NCBI GenBank assembly: GCA_951406725.2
Contig: OX597816.1
Location: 79,918,001 to 79,982,000, forward strand
From: Octopus vulgaris
Lineage: Eukaryota
DNA length: 64,000 nucleotides
Direction: 5' to 3'
A program made the position numbers and the translations under genes. Below, piece by piece: positions 41,230 to 54,400 of the stretch (position 1 is the first letter of the stretch; each line of letters begins with the position of its first letter). The notes beneath the pieces were generated by a model, which was not told the origin of the DNA, made no database searches, and saw only the letters and a program-made list of their open reading frames with translations.

Positions 41230-42110
41230 CTACGTTTGTATCTTTGGCCAGACTGTTGAAAGCGATTTTTTAAAACTTGAATTTTTATAGGTAATGTCTG
41301 TAGAGAACGTATGGACTTGAAGGTAGAGTTAGGAGTTTTGCAATTCTGGAGAAGAAGGTTTCGTTGCAATGCTTAGGACGAATCTTGGAAAGCGAGACAC
41401 AGTAGAATCAAATCTTAGTTGTGTGCCAGACATCTACATAAAAGAAGTCTTGTAGAAGTGATAAGAGTGTTGTGCTACTGTTTTTAGTAAGTTGGAATGT
41501 AAACAAAAAATTGATATTTATTGGAACTTTGTCGTGGTGTGATCTAAACTATCTTTACCAACTCCTCAGTCCCATATTTGCGTGGAGTAATCTAATTTGG
41601 AAATGTGGACACCAGTACTGATCAACAATTGTTCAAAAATGTAATATTTTCGAACCCTAATTAGGAAGTAATAGGTTTTGGGAGGAAATTTAGTAAGTGT
41701 CACATATGACATTAACAGCTATATATACATATTTGCTATATCATACTTAAAACTTAAGAAGTTTACAAAGGTTTTGTTGTGAACAGCTCATGAAAACATA
41801 TGCAACATATAGCAGGTTTATAAAAACGGACAACATATATACACGTGTGCGTGTATTTACATATATTTAATGACTGTATCTTGGAGTTGTCATTTCTCCA
41901 CTGAAATAGATCTGTTTTTATGAAAGTAGTGCATGTCAAGATTGAGATGTCTAGGTTGCATGTAAATGAAATATCTGAATTTGTTATCAAAGAGTGAAGG
42001 TTGGTATCTTCTTAATAGAGTTCTGTTTGTCTGAAGAGAAGTCACAATATGAAAGACGTTTACGTGAGTAAAGGTGTATGTAGGAAGCATAAGCAATCCT
42101 CAAGATACAA
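41230..42110 (-). mobile_element. CR1/L2-like LINE fragment (highly decayed)
   Basis: Minus-strand remnants LDYSTQIWD and KHCNETFFSRIAKL, matching the LEYxxxIW and FFxRxxxxWNxLP motifs of the CR1/L2/Jockey C-terminus. Confidence 0.5.
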
Positions 42111-42659
42111 CAAATTTGATAGAGTGTGCGTCAAAGTGAGTTTTTTATCAATAATGTTGGAAAATAAAAGAAAAAAACATCTGATCCAAGGGATGAGAGT
42201 CAAATAGCTCACACACATTTTGCCAGACGTTTCTAGTGGTAAACACGGTCGAATGATTTACTAGTGCCAGATATAATTACAATGCATTAACAGGCGATTT
42301 CAAAGGCGAGAGCTTGTTTGCGGGTGTTGCTTGATAACAAGACTCTTCTTCGTATGTCTCGTACTGCTCACTGAAGAGGAAAATAAACTGAAGTTCACTC
42401 CTTATCAGATCTACTAATAATGTATGTGATGGTCGCCTACATAGTTTTCAGCTAAATCAGCGTAAAGATTCATTAGAACGGTTCGATTGGTACGTAGTCG
42501 ATAAAAGAAATTAATATTTACCTTGCAGAAATCTCTGTTGTATTAAGAAAAACGCATTGGAGTTATTTCTCTCACACCATCTCTCTCTCTCTCCCTCTCT
42601 CTCTCTCCATCTCTCTATCTATCTATCCCTATACATAAATACATACAAATTTACATATT

Positions 42660-42778
42660 TATTTTATCGACCCCAAAGGCAAAGTCAACAGCGGCAAAAT
42701 TTGAACTCATAACGTAAAGTCGGAAGAAATATCGCTAAACATTTTGTCCAATTGGTAACAATTCTGCCGGCCCACCGT
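42660..42778 (-). mobile_element. SINE family A fragment
   Basis: TTTATCGACCCC...GGCAAAGTCAAC...TTTGAACTC...ATTCTGCC. Confidence 0.7.
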
Positions 42779-43216
42779 TTTCAATTAAGTAGTAATGACG
42801 ATAACACACGTTATAGTTGTATATATTAATTTATTTCACGCGAAACTAGACTTATTATTTGATTGTATAATTAAATCAACCCCAAGAATATCAATGGTTT
42901 GGTACTTATCTTTTAAACCCCAATGTACATGCATAGTAAAATGAACATTATGGAAATTAGACGTGAAACTGAGAAGAACAAAGCCGAATGATTTCACACA
43001 ATTCGATCGGTCACTTCCATATGAAAAAGCTTCTGTGATTTGACCGGGCTCGATTGGCTAGAAATATCGGCCATATATCCCTCAGCACATATCTACTGCC
43101 TTGAAATAAAGAAGTGCATATTGAATAACTTGGTACTAGATATCAGATGTTTAAATATAAGTGAATGGATGATCACGACTGGAGCGCTATTTGTATATCT
43201 GATGAACCATCAGAAA

Positions 43217-43632
43217 GGTGGCGAGCTGGCAGAATCGTTTGTACGGCGGGCGAAATGCTTAGCGGTATTTCATCTGCCGCTACTATCTGAGTTCAAATTC
43301 CGCCGAGGTCGACTTTGCCTTTCATCCTTTCGGGGTCGATTAAATAAGTACTTGTTACGCACTTGGGTCGATATAATCGACTTAATCCGTTTGTCTGTCC
43401 TTGTTTGTCCTCTCTGTATTTAGCTCCTTGTGGGTAGTAAAGAAATAGGTATTTCGTCTGCCATTACGTTCTGAGTTCAAATTCAACCGATGTCGACTTT
43501 GCCTTTCATCCTTTCGGGATCGGTTAAATAAGTACCTGTTACGCACTGGGGTCTATATAATCGGCTTAATCCTTTTGTCTGTCCTTGTTTGTCCTCTCTA
43601 TTTTTAGCCCCTTGTGGGCAATAAAGAAAAAA
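43217..43632 (+). mobile_element. SINE family A, dimeric form
   Basis: Head plus two tandem body units with junction AAAGAAATAGG|TATTTCGTC; TSD ATATCTGAT(G/A)AACCAT at 43195-43210 and 43633-43648. Confidence 0.9.
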
Positions 43633-43987
43633 ATATCTGATAAACCATGGCTGACTTGAAAACAGTCACACATGCAGGTGTATTGCATTTGAGTATATGA
43701 AGGATATTTATAAGTTCCAAATAAGAGTTCCGGAGTTCAAATCAACAGAAGCGTTTCTGTAAGTCCCGGGTAGAGAATGCAATGTTCTACATTTCCTGAC
43801 TGACTGTGGAATAATTGGTAAAATAATTTGGTATTTCATCTTGCAATAAATGTGCATATGTAAGTTATGCTTTATCATTTTCATTAGTTTCAGTCATTGG
43901 ATTTTGCCCATGATGGAGCACCATCTTTTATGATTACATATATCCACTCCCAATACTTATTTCTCATTGATAATTTATGGAACTCTA

Positions 43988-44385
43988 GGGGGCGAACAGA
44001 CAGAATTCTTACAGCGCCGGGCAAAATGCTTAGCGGTATTTCGTCTGCCGTTACGTTCTGAGTTCAAATTCCGCCGAGGTCGATTTTGCCTTTCATCCTT
44101 TCGGGGTCGATTAAATAAGTAATTGTTACGCACTTGGGTCGATATAATCGACTTAATCCGTTTGTCTGTCCTTGTTTGTCCTCTCTGTGTTTAGCCCCTT
44201 GTGGGTAGTAAAGAAATGGGTATTTCGTCCGTCCTTACGTTTTGAGTTCAAATTCCGAGGTCGACTTTGCCTTTCTTCCTTTCGGTGTCCATAAAATAAG
44301 TACCAGCCGAACACTGGGGTCGAATAAATGGTCTTTCTCTCTCCCTACAAATTTCAGGCCCTTGTGCCTATAATAGAAAGAATAT
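43988..44385 (+). mobile_element. SINE family A, dimeric form with an alternative 3' tail
   Basis: Same junction AAAGAAATGGG|TATTTCGTC; the second unit ends in the monomer-type tail AAATTTCAGGCCCTTGTGCC; TSD TTTATGGAACT at 43974-43984 and 44386-44396. Confidence 0.85.
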
Positions 44386-44664
44386 TTTATGGAACTTGGT
44401 GGTTTTTCAGAATTTGTGTGTGTGTATGTATGTGTGTGTACCTGCGTGTGTGTGCGTGTGCGTGTCTGCATACGTTTTACAGTTTAAGTGCTTTGGCATG
44501 AAACTCTTGGCCTATGATTCACTTCGATTCCTGAGTAGATGATAAATACTTGCTTTCTTTCTCCCCTACTCTCTATCTCTCTCTCCTCCTCCTCTCTCTC
44601 TCTCCCTCACACACACAAATGTATTTATATACATGAATACATACGTACATGCATATACACATAT

Positions 44665-45145
44665 TTGTTTCACCTGCGCCTACCTCTCCAACACCAACAT
44701 CCTCACAGACACCCATCATCGTCCCTATCACATCACCGATTCCTTTACCTGCTCTTCTAGTAATATCACTTACTGCATCTCTTGCTCTCTCTGCCCTTTC
44801 CTGTACATCGGTCAAACGGGACGCCGCATGGCTGACCTGTTCGCTGAGCACCTCCGAGAAATCAGGCTCGGCAATGACACTCCGGTCTCGCGCCATTTCC
44901 GCTCTACTAGTTATTCGCTGCAACATCTGTCTGTGTTTGGGCAGTCTTTGCACAGGGGTCATCTGGAGTATTACCTTCGCTCTGAACAGGAATTAATCTT
45001 TTCTCTTCACTTCTTCGCATCATACGGGCTCAACTTACCTCCTCTCCTCATCTGACATCTACCTCACTTCCTCTCTTCATTGATGCCACCCCACACCACT
45101 CCATAACACTAGCACTGACCTCCTCCCAGCACCCGAACCCCACAA
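44665..45145 (+). mobile_element. Penelope-like element GIY-YIG endonuclease 3' fragment
   Basis: ORF 44633-45055: ITDSFTCSSSNITYCISCSLCPFLYIGQTGRRMADLFAEHLREI...PVSRHF...EQELIFSL...YGLN. Confidence 0.9.
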
Positions 45146-45395
45146 CATTAGAATTTTGTGAGCTTCTTTTAAGCAAAGTCCACAACTAGAGCGTTGGCCC
45201 TGATATGGGGTACCTGAGTCTATTATAGCCCTGAGAAGTTTTCTGTTAATTAGATGGTGTATGTGGCTGGCTAGTGATGTGGAATTGCTATTCTCCTTAT
45301 ATTTAAACGAGTTTAAATGTGCGTAATACTTATGTTTAAATTTTCTACAGGAGTTATTTACCATGTTGTGAACAGCGCATCGATATACGACGTTG
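45146..45395 (-). mobile_element. Second Penelope-like GIY-YIG C-terminal fragment (different subtype)
   Basis: FKHKYYAHLNSFKYKENSNSTSLASHIHHL...TPYQGQRSSCGLCLKEAHKIL matches the FKxRxxxHxxSF...STxLxxHI...CxLCLxE pattern. Confidence 0.75.
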
Positions 45396-45407
45396 AATCT
45401 TCTGCAT

Positions 45408-45629
45408 TGGGCAGAAACGTTAGCACGCCGGGCGAAATGCGTAGCCGTATTTCGTCTGCTGTTACGTTCTGAGTTCAAATTCCGCCGAGGTCGACTTTGC
45501 CTTTCATCCTTTCGGGGCCGACAAATTAAGTACCAGTTACGCACTGGGGTCGATATAATCGACTTAATCCGTTTGTCTGTACTTGTTTGTCTCCTCTGAG
45601 TTTAGCCCCTTGTGGGTAGTAAAGAAATA

Positions 45630-45631
<2 letters not shown>
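45408..45631 (+). mobile_element. SINE family A (young single unit)
   Basis: Near-consensus GGCAGAAACGTTAGCACGCCGGGCGAAATGC...AAAGAAATAGG. Confidence 0.9.
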
Positions 45632-46228
<597 letters not shown>

Positions 46229-46229
46229 G

Positions 46230-46267
<38 letters not shown>

Positions 46268-46315
46268 CAGATGGAAGGCAGAGCTTATTTGAAGCAAAGC
46301 TAGAAATCCAGGATC

Positions 46316-46359
<44 letters not shown>

Positions 46360-46452
46360 CATACTTACAGTTGAAAAAGTCTTAATGAATGAAACCGGTA
46401 CTAAAATGATTTTTATAAAATTATTTTACCATTTTCTACCTTTACTTTTTTT

Positions 46453-46535
<83 letters not shown>

Positions 46536-46739
46536 TAATTAGAAAAGATTTTTTCTTACAATATAGGTTCTGCCCTACACTGTCGGTTATAATTAGGGAC
46601 AATTGAGTTTTTCCTTTTTGGTTTCATATTGCTTATAGTCGCCTTCGTTATTTCATAATTTTCAAATTACCATTTTACTGAGTCATGCATTGATATGATA
46701 AATACTATATACTGGCAGTTGGAATTTGACCAAACCATT

Positions 46740-46804
46740 CAGCGACGGAGTAGACATCATTGAAGAGCGAAAGTAGAATTCTAGTATGATGATCTCGCTC
46801 GCTG
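46740..46804 (+). ncRNA. Type I hammerhead ribozyme-like motif lacking helix II
   Basis: Helix I CATCA/TGATG extended by GAG/CTC and CAGCGA/TCGCTG; core TTGAAGA-GC-GAAA; helix III TAG-AATT-CTA; GTA cleavage triplet at 46784-46786. Confidence 0.5.
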
Positions 46805-47022
46805 TGGGGTGGTTAGCTCCCCTGTCAGTACGTAGTCTTGTGCTTCTTTGCAGCTAAGAGGGTTTTCATCTCTTATTTCTAGCAACATAGGTGCTACCCT
46901 GCACCGTCAGTCACAATTAATGACAATTGAATTCTTTCGTTTTGGTTTTATAATGCTTATACCTGCCCTCGTTATTTCACACACACACACGCACACACAT
47001 GCATATATATATACATACATAC

Positions 47023-47065
<43 letters not shown>

Positions 47066-47073
47066 CGTATATA

Positions 47074-47410
47074 CGAGGGGCCGAAAAGTAACGGGAAACG
47101 TTCTCTGTGGGACAAACCCGTTGTAGTTCAGGTTTCTACCTCTTGAAGCCACTTAATGCGACACTCAGCTATCAGTCTGCCACCGGTGTCGTCGTCTGGG
47201 GTCGTACTGCCACGTAGTGCATCTTTGTTTTGCAGTGTTTCTCCCATGTTCGTCGATTTTTGCCATGGTTGACACGAAGGAACAGCGTGCTTCCGAGAAA
47301 TTCTGTTTTCTACTTAGGAAAACGGCGGCCGAAACAGCTGTCACGCTTCAAGCGGGTTCCAAGGCCGCTGCTATGAGCAAAACACAGGTTTACGAGTGGT
47401 TTCACACTTT
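47074..47410 (+). mobile_element. Mariner 5' fragment (TIR plus N-terminal HTH)
   Basis: TA|CGAGGGGCCGAAAAGTAACGGGAA start; frame MVDTKEQRASEKFCFLLRKTAAET...AMSKTQVYEWF. Confidence 0.85.
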
Positions 47411-47429
47411 AGGAATACACATACACAAA

Positions 47430-47469
<40 letters not shown>

Positions 47470-47472
<3 letters not shown>

Positions 47473-47618
47473 GCGACGGGCTTCTTCCAGTTTTTGTCTA
47501 CCAAATCCATTCACAAGACTATAGTAGAAGACACTTGCCCAAGGTGCCACGCAGTGGGACTGAACCCGGAACCATGTGGTTGTGAAACAAACTTCTTATC
47601 AGACAGTCACGCCCGTGT
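47470..47618 (-). mobile_element. SINE family B 5' part
   Basis: AGAAGACACTTGCCCAAGGTGCCACGCAGTGGGACTGAACCCGGAACCATGTGGTTG (reverse complement of B-box and CORE-like block). Confidence 0.85.
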
Positions 47619-48581
47619 AGGAAGAAATTTGTCGTAAGATATATACATATATATACATATGCACTCACATGCGCTCATGTATATATCTTTCATACATGAA
47701 CGGCTTTCTCTTCTATACCTTGGACTCAGTGTGTATATAGTTTTGTGCGTGGTTGCAAATTGACATTACCAGAAAATGTGTATTTGTCTATTATATTGAA
47801 GAAGAAACAGAAAATAAAATCGAAAATAGAGAAGGAAAGCATACAAGAAAATGTTTCTAAAGAGAATAGAAGAGAAAATTTTAAACTAGAGTCAAAATAA
47901 TTTGCGATGCAAATTATCGTTTTAAACAAAATAATGGCTAAAAAGTAAAAACCAAAAAAATAACAAATAATATTTAAAATATAAAAAAAAATCTCTTTAC
48001 TAATATCTGTGTCGTTTCTTAGGTTTATTAACGCTGAATGCTTATATACTCCTAGCAAATAAACGTGTCTATTCATTTGAGCACCAAATTAAAGTCAATA
48101 CACTCATTGCTGTTTAGAAATAACGATCAATTTAATATTCGCTTGCTTTTCAGTTTTTTTTTTTGTAAATTTTGTTTTATAGCCACAGTTTTTTTTTGTC
48201 TTTTTTTTTAAAGAATTATAATGTATAGGTGTGAACGCTTTTAGTATAAGACAAATGGCATTACCAGCAATTATATGTTATCAGTCACGCCTACTTTTAA
48301 TGTGAAGATAAAACACATTAGTGAAAATATATTTTCAGTTTAGTTGTTAGACAAACATACATATCTACATTTAGCCACACGCATACACATACGAGGATAA
48401 ATATACACGCACACAACACAGACGCGTACAAAGACATACACAAACACTCGTGTATATAGTATATGAATGTAAATATATATATATGTGTGTATATATATAT
48501 ATATGTGTGTGTGTGTGTGCGTATGTATATACATACACACACACGCATACACACACATATATATATATATTCTTTTATACG

Positions 48582-48916
48582 TTTCAGCCCTAAGGCCGTG
48601 GCCATGCTGCAGCATCTCCTTGAAGGGTTTCTTAGAACAAAGAGCCTCCGTGCTTGTATTTTAAAGCCTGGTACTTACTCTATCGATCTCCTTTTGCTCA
48701 ACCACTAAGTGACGAGAACAGACAAACCAACACTGGTTGTCAAGTGGTGCTAGTTGGTAAACACAAATACATACACACACACACCTACGAAGGATTTCTT
48801 TCAGCTTCCGTCTGCTAGGTCCATCACTAGGCTTTTGTCCGACCAGGGCTATAGCAGAAGACACTGAACACGGAGCCATGTATTTGAGAATCAAACTACT
48901 TAACGCGCAGCCACCT
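48582..48916 (-). mobile_element. SINE family B
   Basis: TTTCAG...GGCCATGCTG...CTGGTACTTACTCTATCG...TTTCAGCTTCCGTCT...GCTATAGCAGAAGACAC...CAGCCAC. Confidence 0.75.
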
Positions 48917-49068
48917 CTTTGCATACCATTACGCTCGTGCCAACTTTTGTACCTATGCTTTATGTATGTGCGTGTGTGTGTGTATGTGAGTGTTAATATA
49001 GATATATGTATTTATAGACATGCTTGTGTGTGTATGTGTTAATGCATCTATGCCTGTAAATTATATAT

Positions 49069-49116
<48 letters not shown>

Positions 49117-49267
49117 TATATAAGAACATAGGCGACACTCACAAGTGACCATGACTTGGAAGCATGTGACATGTAATTGTTCTAGGTGTCCATATAGTTA
49201 TGAGCTGACTTCCTGTCTTTAACACATACACATACATGCACACACATACACACGCGCACATAACATT

Positions 49268-49484
49268 CGTTTCAAATTTTGACACAATGTCAGCAATCAC
49301 GAGGGGGGGGGGGGAGTAGATTGATTACATTGACTCGAGTGTTGCTGGCACATATTTTATCGACGTCGAAAAGATGAAAGGCAAAGTCGACCTCGGTAGA
49401 ATTTGAACTAAGAACATAAAGACGGACGACATGCCGCTAAGCATTTTGTCCGGCGATATATCGATTCTGCCAGCTTACCGCCTT
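49268..49484 (-). mobile_element. SINE family A
   Basis: GATGAAAGGCAAAGTCGACCTCGG...TTTGAACT...GATTCTGCCAGCTTACCGCC. Confidence 0.8.
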
Positions 49485-49557
49485 ACACACATATGTAATA
49501 TTAACATTATATTATATATTATCTCTGTATATTATTATCCTTCACTAGTTCGGATTC

Positions 49558-49848
49558 ATAGCCTAGTGGTTAAGATGTTGCACTCATGTCACGAGATCGT
49601 GGTTTCAATCCCTACACCGGGTGGTGTGTTGTGTTCTGATGTAAAACACTTCATCTCACGGTCCCCTGCGATCATTTCGACACCTGACGCATGATACACC
49701 GTGCACCTGTTCAGACAACGTCGATCTGATGGAGGAAGTGAGCTAAAGAGCAGCACATACATTTGATCACTATAAACAAATCATTTGTGCAAGTCATTTG
49801 GCAAAATGCTGAACACTCATACGTCGTCTTCGACGGGAGAATCCAGCA
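49558..49848 (+). mobile_element. SINE family C-like head with a different tail
   Basis: TAGCCTAGTGGTTAAG...GGTTTCAATCCC...CCGGGTGGTGTGTTGTGTTCT...AAAACACTTCATCTCACG. Confidence 0.7.
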
Positions 49849-51726
49849 TATTATTATTTTATTACAATGTGTGTGTATGTGCCCACGTGCGTATGTGTGT
49901 AGCCCTAAGACATGCATAATACAGAAGAGCTACTTTCCAAATCCACTTTTCAGCTTAAACTGTGTCTCCCTCTGGATGAGAATCATACTGCACATTATGA
50001 CATGCTGTGTCGTTTAGAAGTGTTGGCGTTTGATCATACTGAATGAATTTTCTTGGGAGTCCAGTTTATTTCTATATGCAATATAGTATCTATGATGTCT
50101 GCAGCGTAAAGAAACTATCGAAAAAGGCAAATTTGGCATGCAAATTCTATCTACCATAAACTATAGACACTGCAATAAATAATTTATACAAAGAGCTAAG
50201 ATACCAGCTAACACGCTGAAAATATTATCACCGTCTTATGGAACAGAAGTGCAAATTTTTGATATCGTATTAGCGGTCAAATTATATTAGCATGATGTGA
50301 ACTCTTGTTGAGGACTCAACGTTTGCAACATTGTCTGACCCAACAAAAAAAAGAGAGTGCCAACAGATATACGGTGTGCGTTAAACACACTGAAAGACAT
50401 TAAAAAATTAAAAGAAGACGATCAAAGTATTTGCGCTCTAAAATTTAACATCCAGAACATCAGAAATATAGTAGGTAGTCATGCAATGACTCCATATCTC
50501 GACAGATATATCAGTCAGAAAATAATATTCCCTTGACAGCTGAAACAATAAATGCAAATACAGAAGGACGACGAATTTTCACTACAAAGTGGTAGTGGTA
50601 AAATTTCTACTTTGGGTAGTATTTATATCTTCTTCATTAGTCGAAACACTCGGAAAAGAAATCCACAAAATAAAGTATACATTAATTAATAACAGATATT
50701 CTACGAAAACATAGCATTAAGAAACAGAATTGCAACACAATAGATACATCAGATAACGCACCACACCACTATTAATAATACACGAACCACCTATAAAATG
50801 TATATAAATATAATCATAGAACAGGTGAAGACATCAAAAAATTTTTTAAATTATGAATGTAGAGCAATCATGGCCGCCGTCGTCGTAGAAGAAGACAGTA
50901 CCAAACGGCTGGATTTATTTAATATGGACCTCAACTTGCCAGGAAGTGGCCCACAATCTATTACTCCAAGCCATTAGCTCTGTTATTTACAAAATAATTG
51001 TTTTAAAATCTTTCTTCTGAATTGCAAAACTACACGCATATAAACCTGCAAGTAATCTACTAAAAACAAATATGAATTATAAATTTGATTGCAAATGTTT
51101 AAGCTATAAACTTCACGACTTTTATCTCTGCTCACTCAGCACTTAAAAAAGAGAAATTGCAAGACACTAGAGCACATAATACAAAACTAAGTAGAAAAAT
51201 ATATTAGTGATTATCATTTGTACTCTTCATAATTCTCAACAAGAATAGACGATCAATGATAAAAGCGATACTTATAACAATTCAAAACTAAATTGAACAC
51301 ACAGATAACATATACTTGTCACGGAGAAAAATAAACAGTTGATTAATGACATAAATCTCACGCTTAAAATACAAATTTCGCTGTTAATGTCATCCTCTTT
51401 ATGATAATTATTTCACCGTGTCATTAATGTATGTTTAGTGCAACTATTTAGTGTCATATGACTATGTTCTGAGTTGATGCCTTTCGCCAGGTAATGATTT
51501 GCAAGCTCTAGAGCAAATACGGCTGACAAAACCCACGTTAATGATCAAGCACATCTGTGCAATTGGATTCTTGTGCTTATACCGTTGCAGTCGAGATTTT
51601 TATTTTTGCTCTTTGCTGCTCGTTGCACAAGCAGTGTATTATAATGCAGATATGGAGTTAAGAAGTGGGTATCCATAGATTATTTCAATGGATATGTGTG
51701 TGATTCCATATAACTAACAAAGCACG

Positions 51727-51772
<46 letters not shown>

Positions 51773-51869
51773 TCACAGACATCACACTTTAAGCTCTTCA
51801 GATTTTCAGGCAGAGTTGGAATGGAGACCTTACGTAAGGGACCTTTTAGCTTGGTATCTTTAATTTGCC

Positions 51870-52730
51870 CTGTCCTAGTTGTTACTGCTTTTCTTAAACG
51901 AATACCTCAAGCCATTCATATTTGTAGGTAATATATTTTTGTCTTTTAGATTGTGTTTTATGCACTTGTAATCTTTTTATCACCTTAATGTGTAGATGCT
52001 TTCCAATTACCATTGTACCTAAAAGATCTGTTTCAGGAATCATTCATCCTTCATCCGCTCAATGTAACCTACCAGGCTTATTTGAGTGACGATGATCTTT
52101 GATTTATTGATTAGACAATCTGCTTTTGGAGTTCCTCGGTATCTGCTGTTAGAGTCTTTTACTTGGTCTTCAGTATATGTCTCTGACATTTTTGGTGAAA
52201 TCTCCGAAGCATCTAAGGGTATCAATTATACGTTGTCCACGTTTAGGACGAATGTAGATGGATCATGAGACCACAGATCTTACTGACACCAACTTTAATC
52301 CGAATGATGATGCTACGATCTAACCCCACTCTACTTTCTAACTTTACAAGATTGTTTTTTATTCGTGGACGAATTTCAGAGCATAAAGATTTATCTCTTG
52401 ACACATTACTTTCAAGGTAGTAAAATGTGCCCACAACTTTCAATGTGGTGTCATTTGCAAAGATGTTTGGTACAGTCTAAGTCTCAATCTGAGCTAAAGC
52501 GAACGTAATCTTTGTCTTTTTCAAGCTTGTAGGTGGGTGAAAGTTAAATGTATCACAAATAACTGAAAATTGATCAATTACAATCTTCATGCTGTTTTCA
52601 GGACGAAACAAATAAGCACGATCTACATAAAGCAGTTCACAAACAAAAGTTTCGAAAATCTTAAAGTTATAATTGACTCTTTCAGGTCAATGACTTTTCC
52701 AGTTGTTCAGAAACTTAGGTGAGTGCTAAT
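51870..52730 (-). mobile_element. RTE (BovB-like) LINE fragment, decayed
   Basis: Minus strand ELLYVD (~52640-52621), LKVVGTFYYLESNVSRDKSLCSEIRPRI...SRVGLDRSIIIRIK, and GYIERMKDE. Confidence 0.75.
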
Positions 52731-52826
52731 GTTATATATACATATATAGTCACTGATCTCGAAAAAATGTAAAGAAGCAATAATAAATCTCTGAGCGAGG
52801 TATAAACAATAGCTGCACGACATTGT

Positions 52827-53193
52827 GAAGTATATTTGCTTTTTAAATGTGGCTAACCCTTAATGGTGGATGCTATTGTGGCTTGTAGCCTCAGGAAGAC
52901 ACCTCCTCCAACTGGCTGTGACACACTTTCTGTATACATATATATTTGCATTGGGAACCACTTCCATCGACAACCGGTGATTGTCACACCGTGATGACGG
53001 GTCAATACCCAGAAACTCGGGTCCGTGTATATCACGTCAGGTTGGAGATGGGAAGGATGGCTTTCCTTTGCAAATACTGATAGGGCTCAGAAAGTGTGTC
53101 AATAGCCAGCTGGACGAGTTGTCTTCCTGGGGTTACAAGCTGCAGTAGCATCCACCCTTAAGGCTAGCCACATTTAAATGGCAAATATACTTC
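52827..53193. mobile_element. Palindromic foldback MITE (~365 bp)
   Basis: GAAGTATATTTGC...GTGGCTAACCCTTAATGGTGGATGCTA...CAGGAAGACA...CTGGCT...GACACACTTTCTG is mirrored at 53085-53193; pairing continues almost to the centre. Confidence 0.8.
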
Positions 53194-53210
53194 CCTAAAT
53201 CTACACACAT

Positions 53211-53281
<71 letters not shown>

Positions 53282-53451
53282 CATATATATATATATAAAT
53301 ATATATATATATACATATACATATATATATATATATATATATACATACATATATGTATATATATATATGTGTGTATGTATATATATATATATATAGACAT
53401 ATCCATGTATATATATATATATACATATATGTATATATATATATGTGTGTG

Positions 53452-53491
<40 letters not shown>

Positions 53492-54012
53492 AAATTTCTT
53501 CTACTATTGGCATTGCACCAATATGGCAATTTTCGTCTTATTCCTCATTCCCTCTCTTTTATCACTACATTGACACCATATTGAATTCAACATATATTCA
53601 CCTTACATTATTGAACTCTTAGAGAATACTTGTAGTTCATACGATATGACACAATACAGTTTTCTTATCACCCCTTTCAAACACATTGACCATCAAACTA
53701 ATTTCTCGAAACCGCTTTTGGCTTTTGCCTTTTGCTTAACGAATCTATATTCATTCAATTTGCCGTTTTTGGTTGTTTCCTGTAATTTTGTCTGATTTCA
53801 TACGATGAAATGTTTCTACAAACTCGTTTGACAGACAATGTGCTACATTGAAACGAAGGCGTGAAACTGCAGCAATAAAAATAATTGATAACTATGCTTA
53901 TGAATTAGTGACTCATTACAATTGCACCTCACGTATTTATTTTTATGTGTATACTGCCCCATTTTGTCTTTGAAACCTGTTTACCGAACAGAGAGTGCCA
54001 ACATACATGCAT

Positions 54013-54097
<85 letters not shown>

Positions 54098-54186
54098 CAA
54101 TCTTTATCTCCAGCGAAACGTGGATGTTGTATTACGTAGGGGATAAAGATAACGATTGCCTTTTTGTATTAATTCTGTTTCTCTCG

Positions 54187-54189
<3 letters not shown>

Positions 54190-54260
<71 letters not shown>

Positions 54261-54303
54261 TGTGTATGTATGCATGTATGTAGATAGATAGACAGACAGA
54301 CAT

Positions 54304-54376
<73 letters not shown>

Positions 54377-54400
54377 GAGATAGATAGATAGATAGATAGA
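54190..54400. repeat. (TA)n and (GATA)n microsatellites
   Basis: Directly visible. Confidence 0.95.

Noticed and set aside
43195-43220. CTGATGA...GAAA hammerhead-like string
   Set aside because: No helix II or helix I pairing; the sequence is explained as the SINE TSD and flank.
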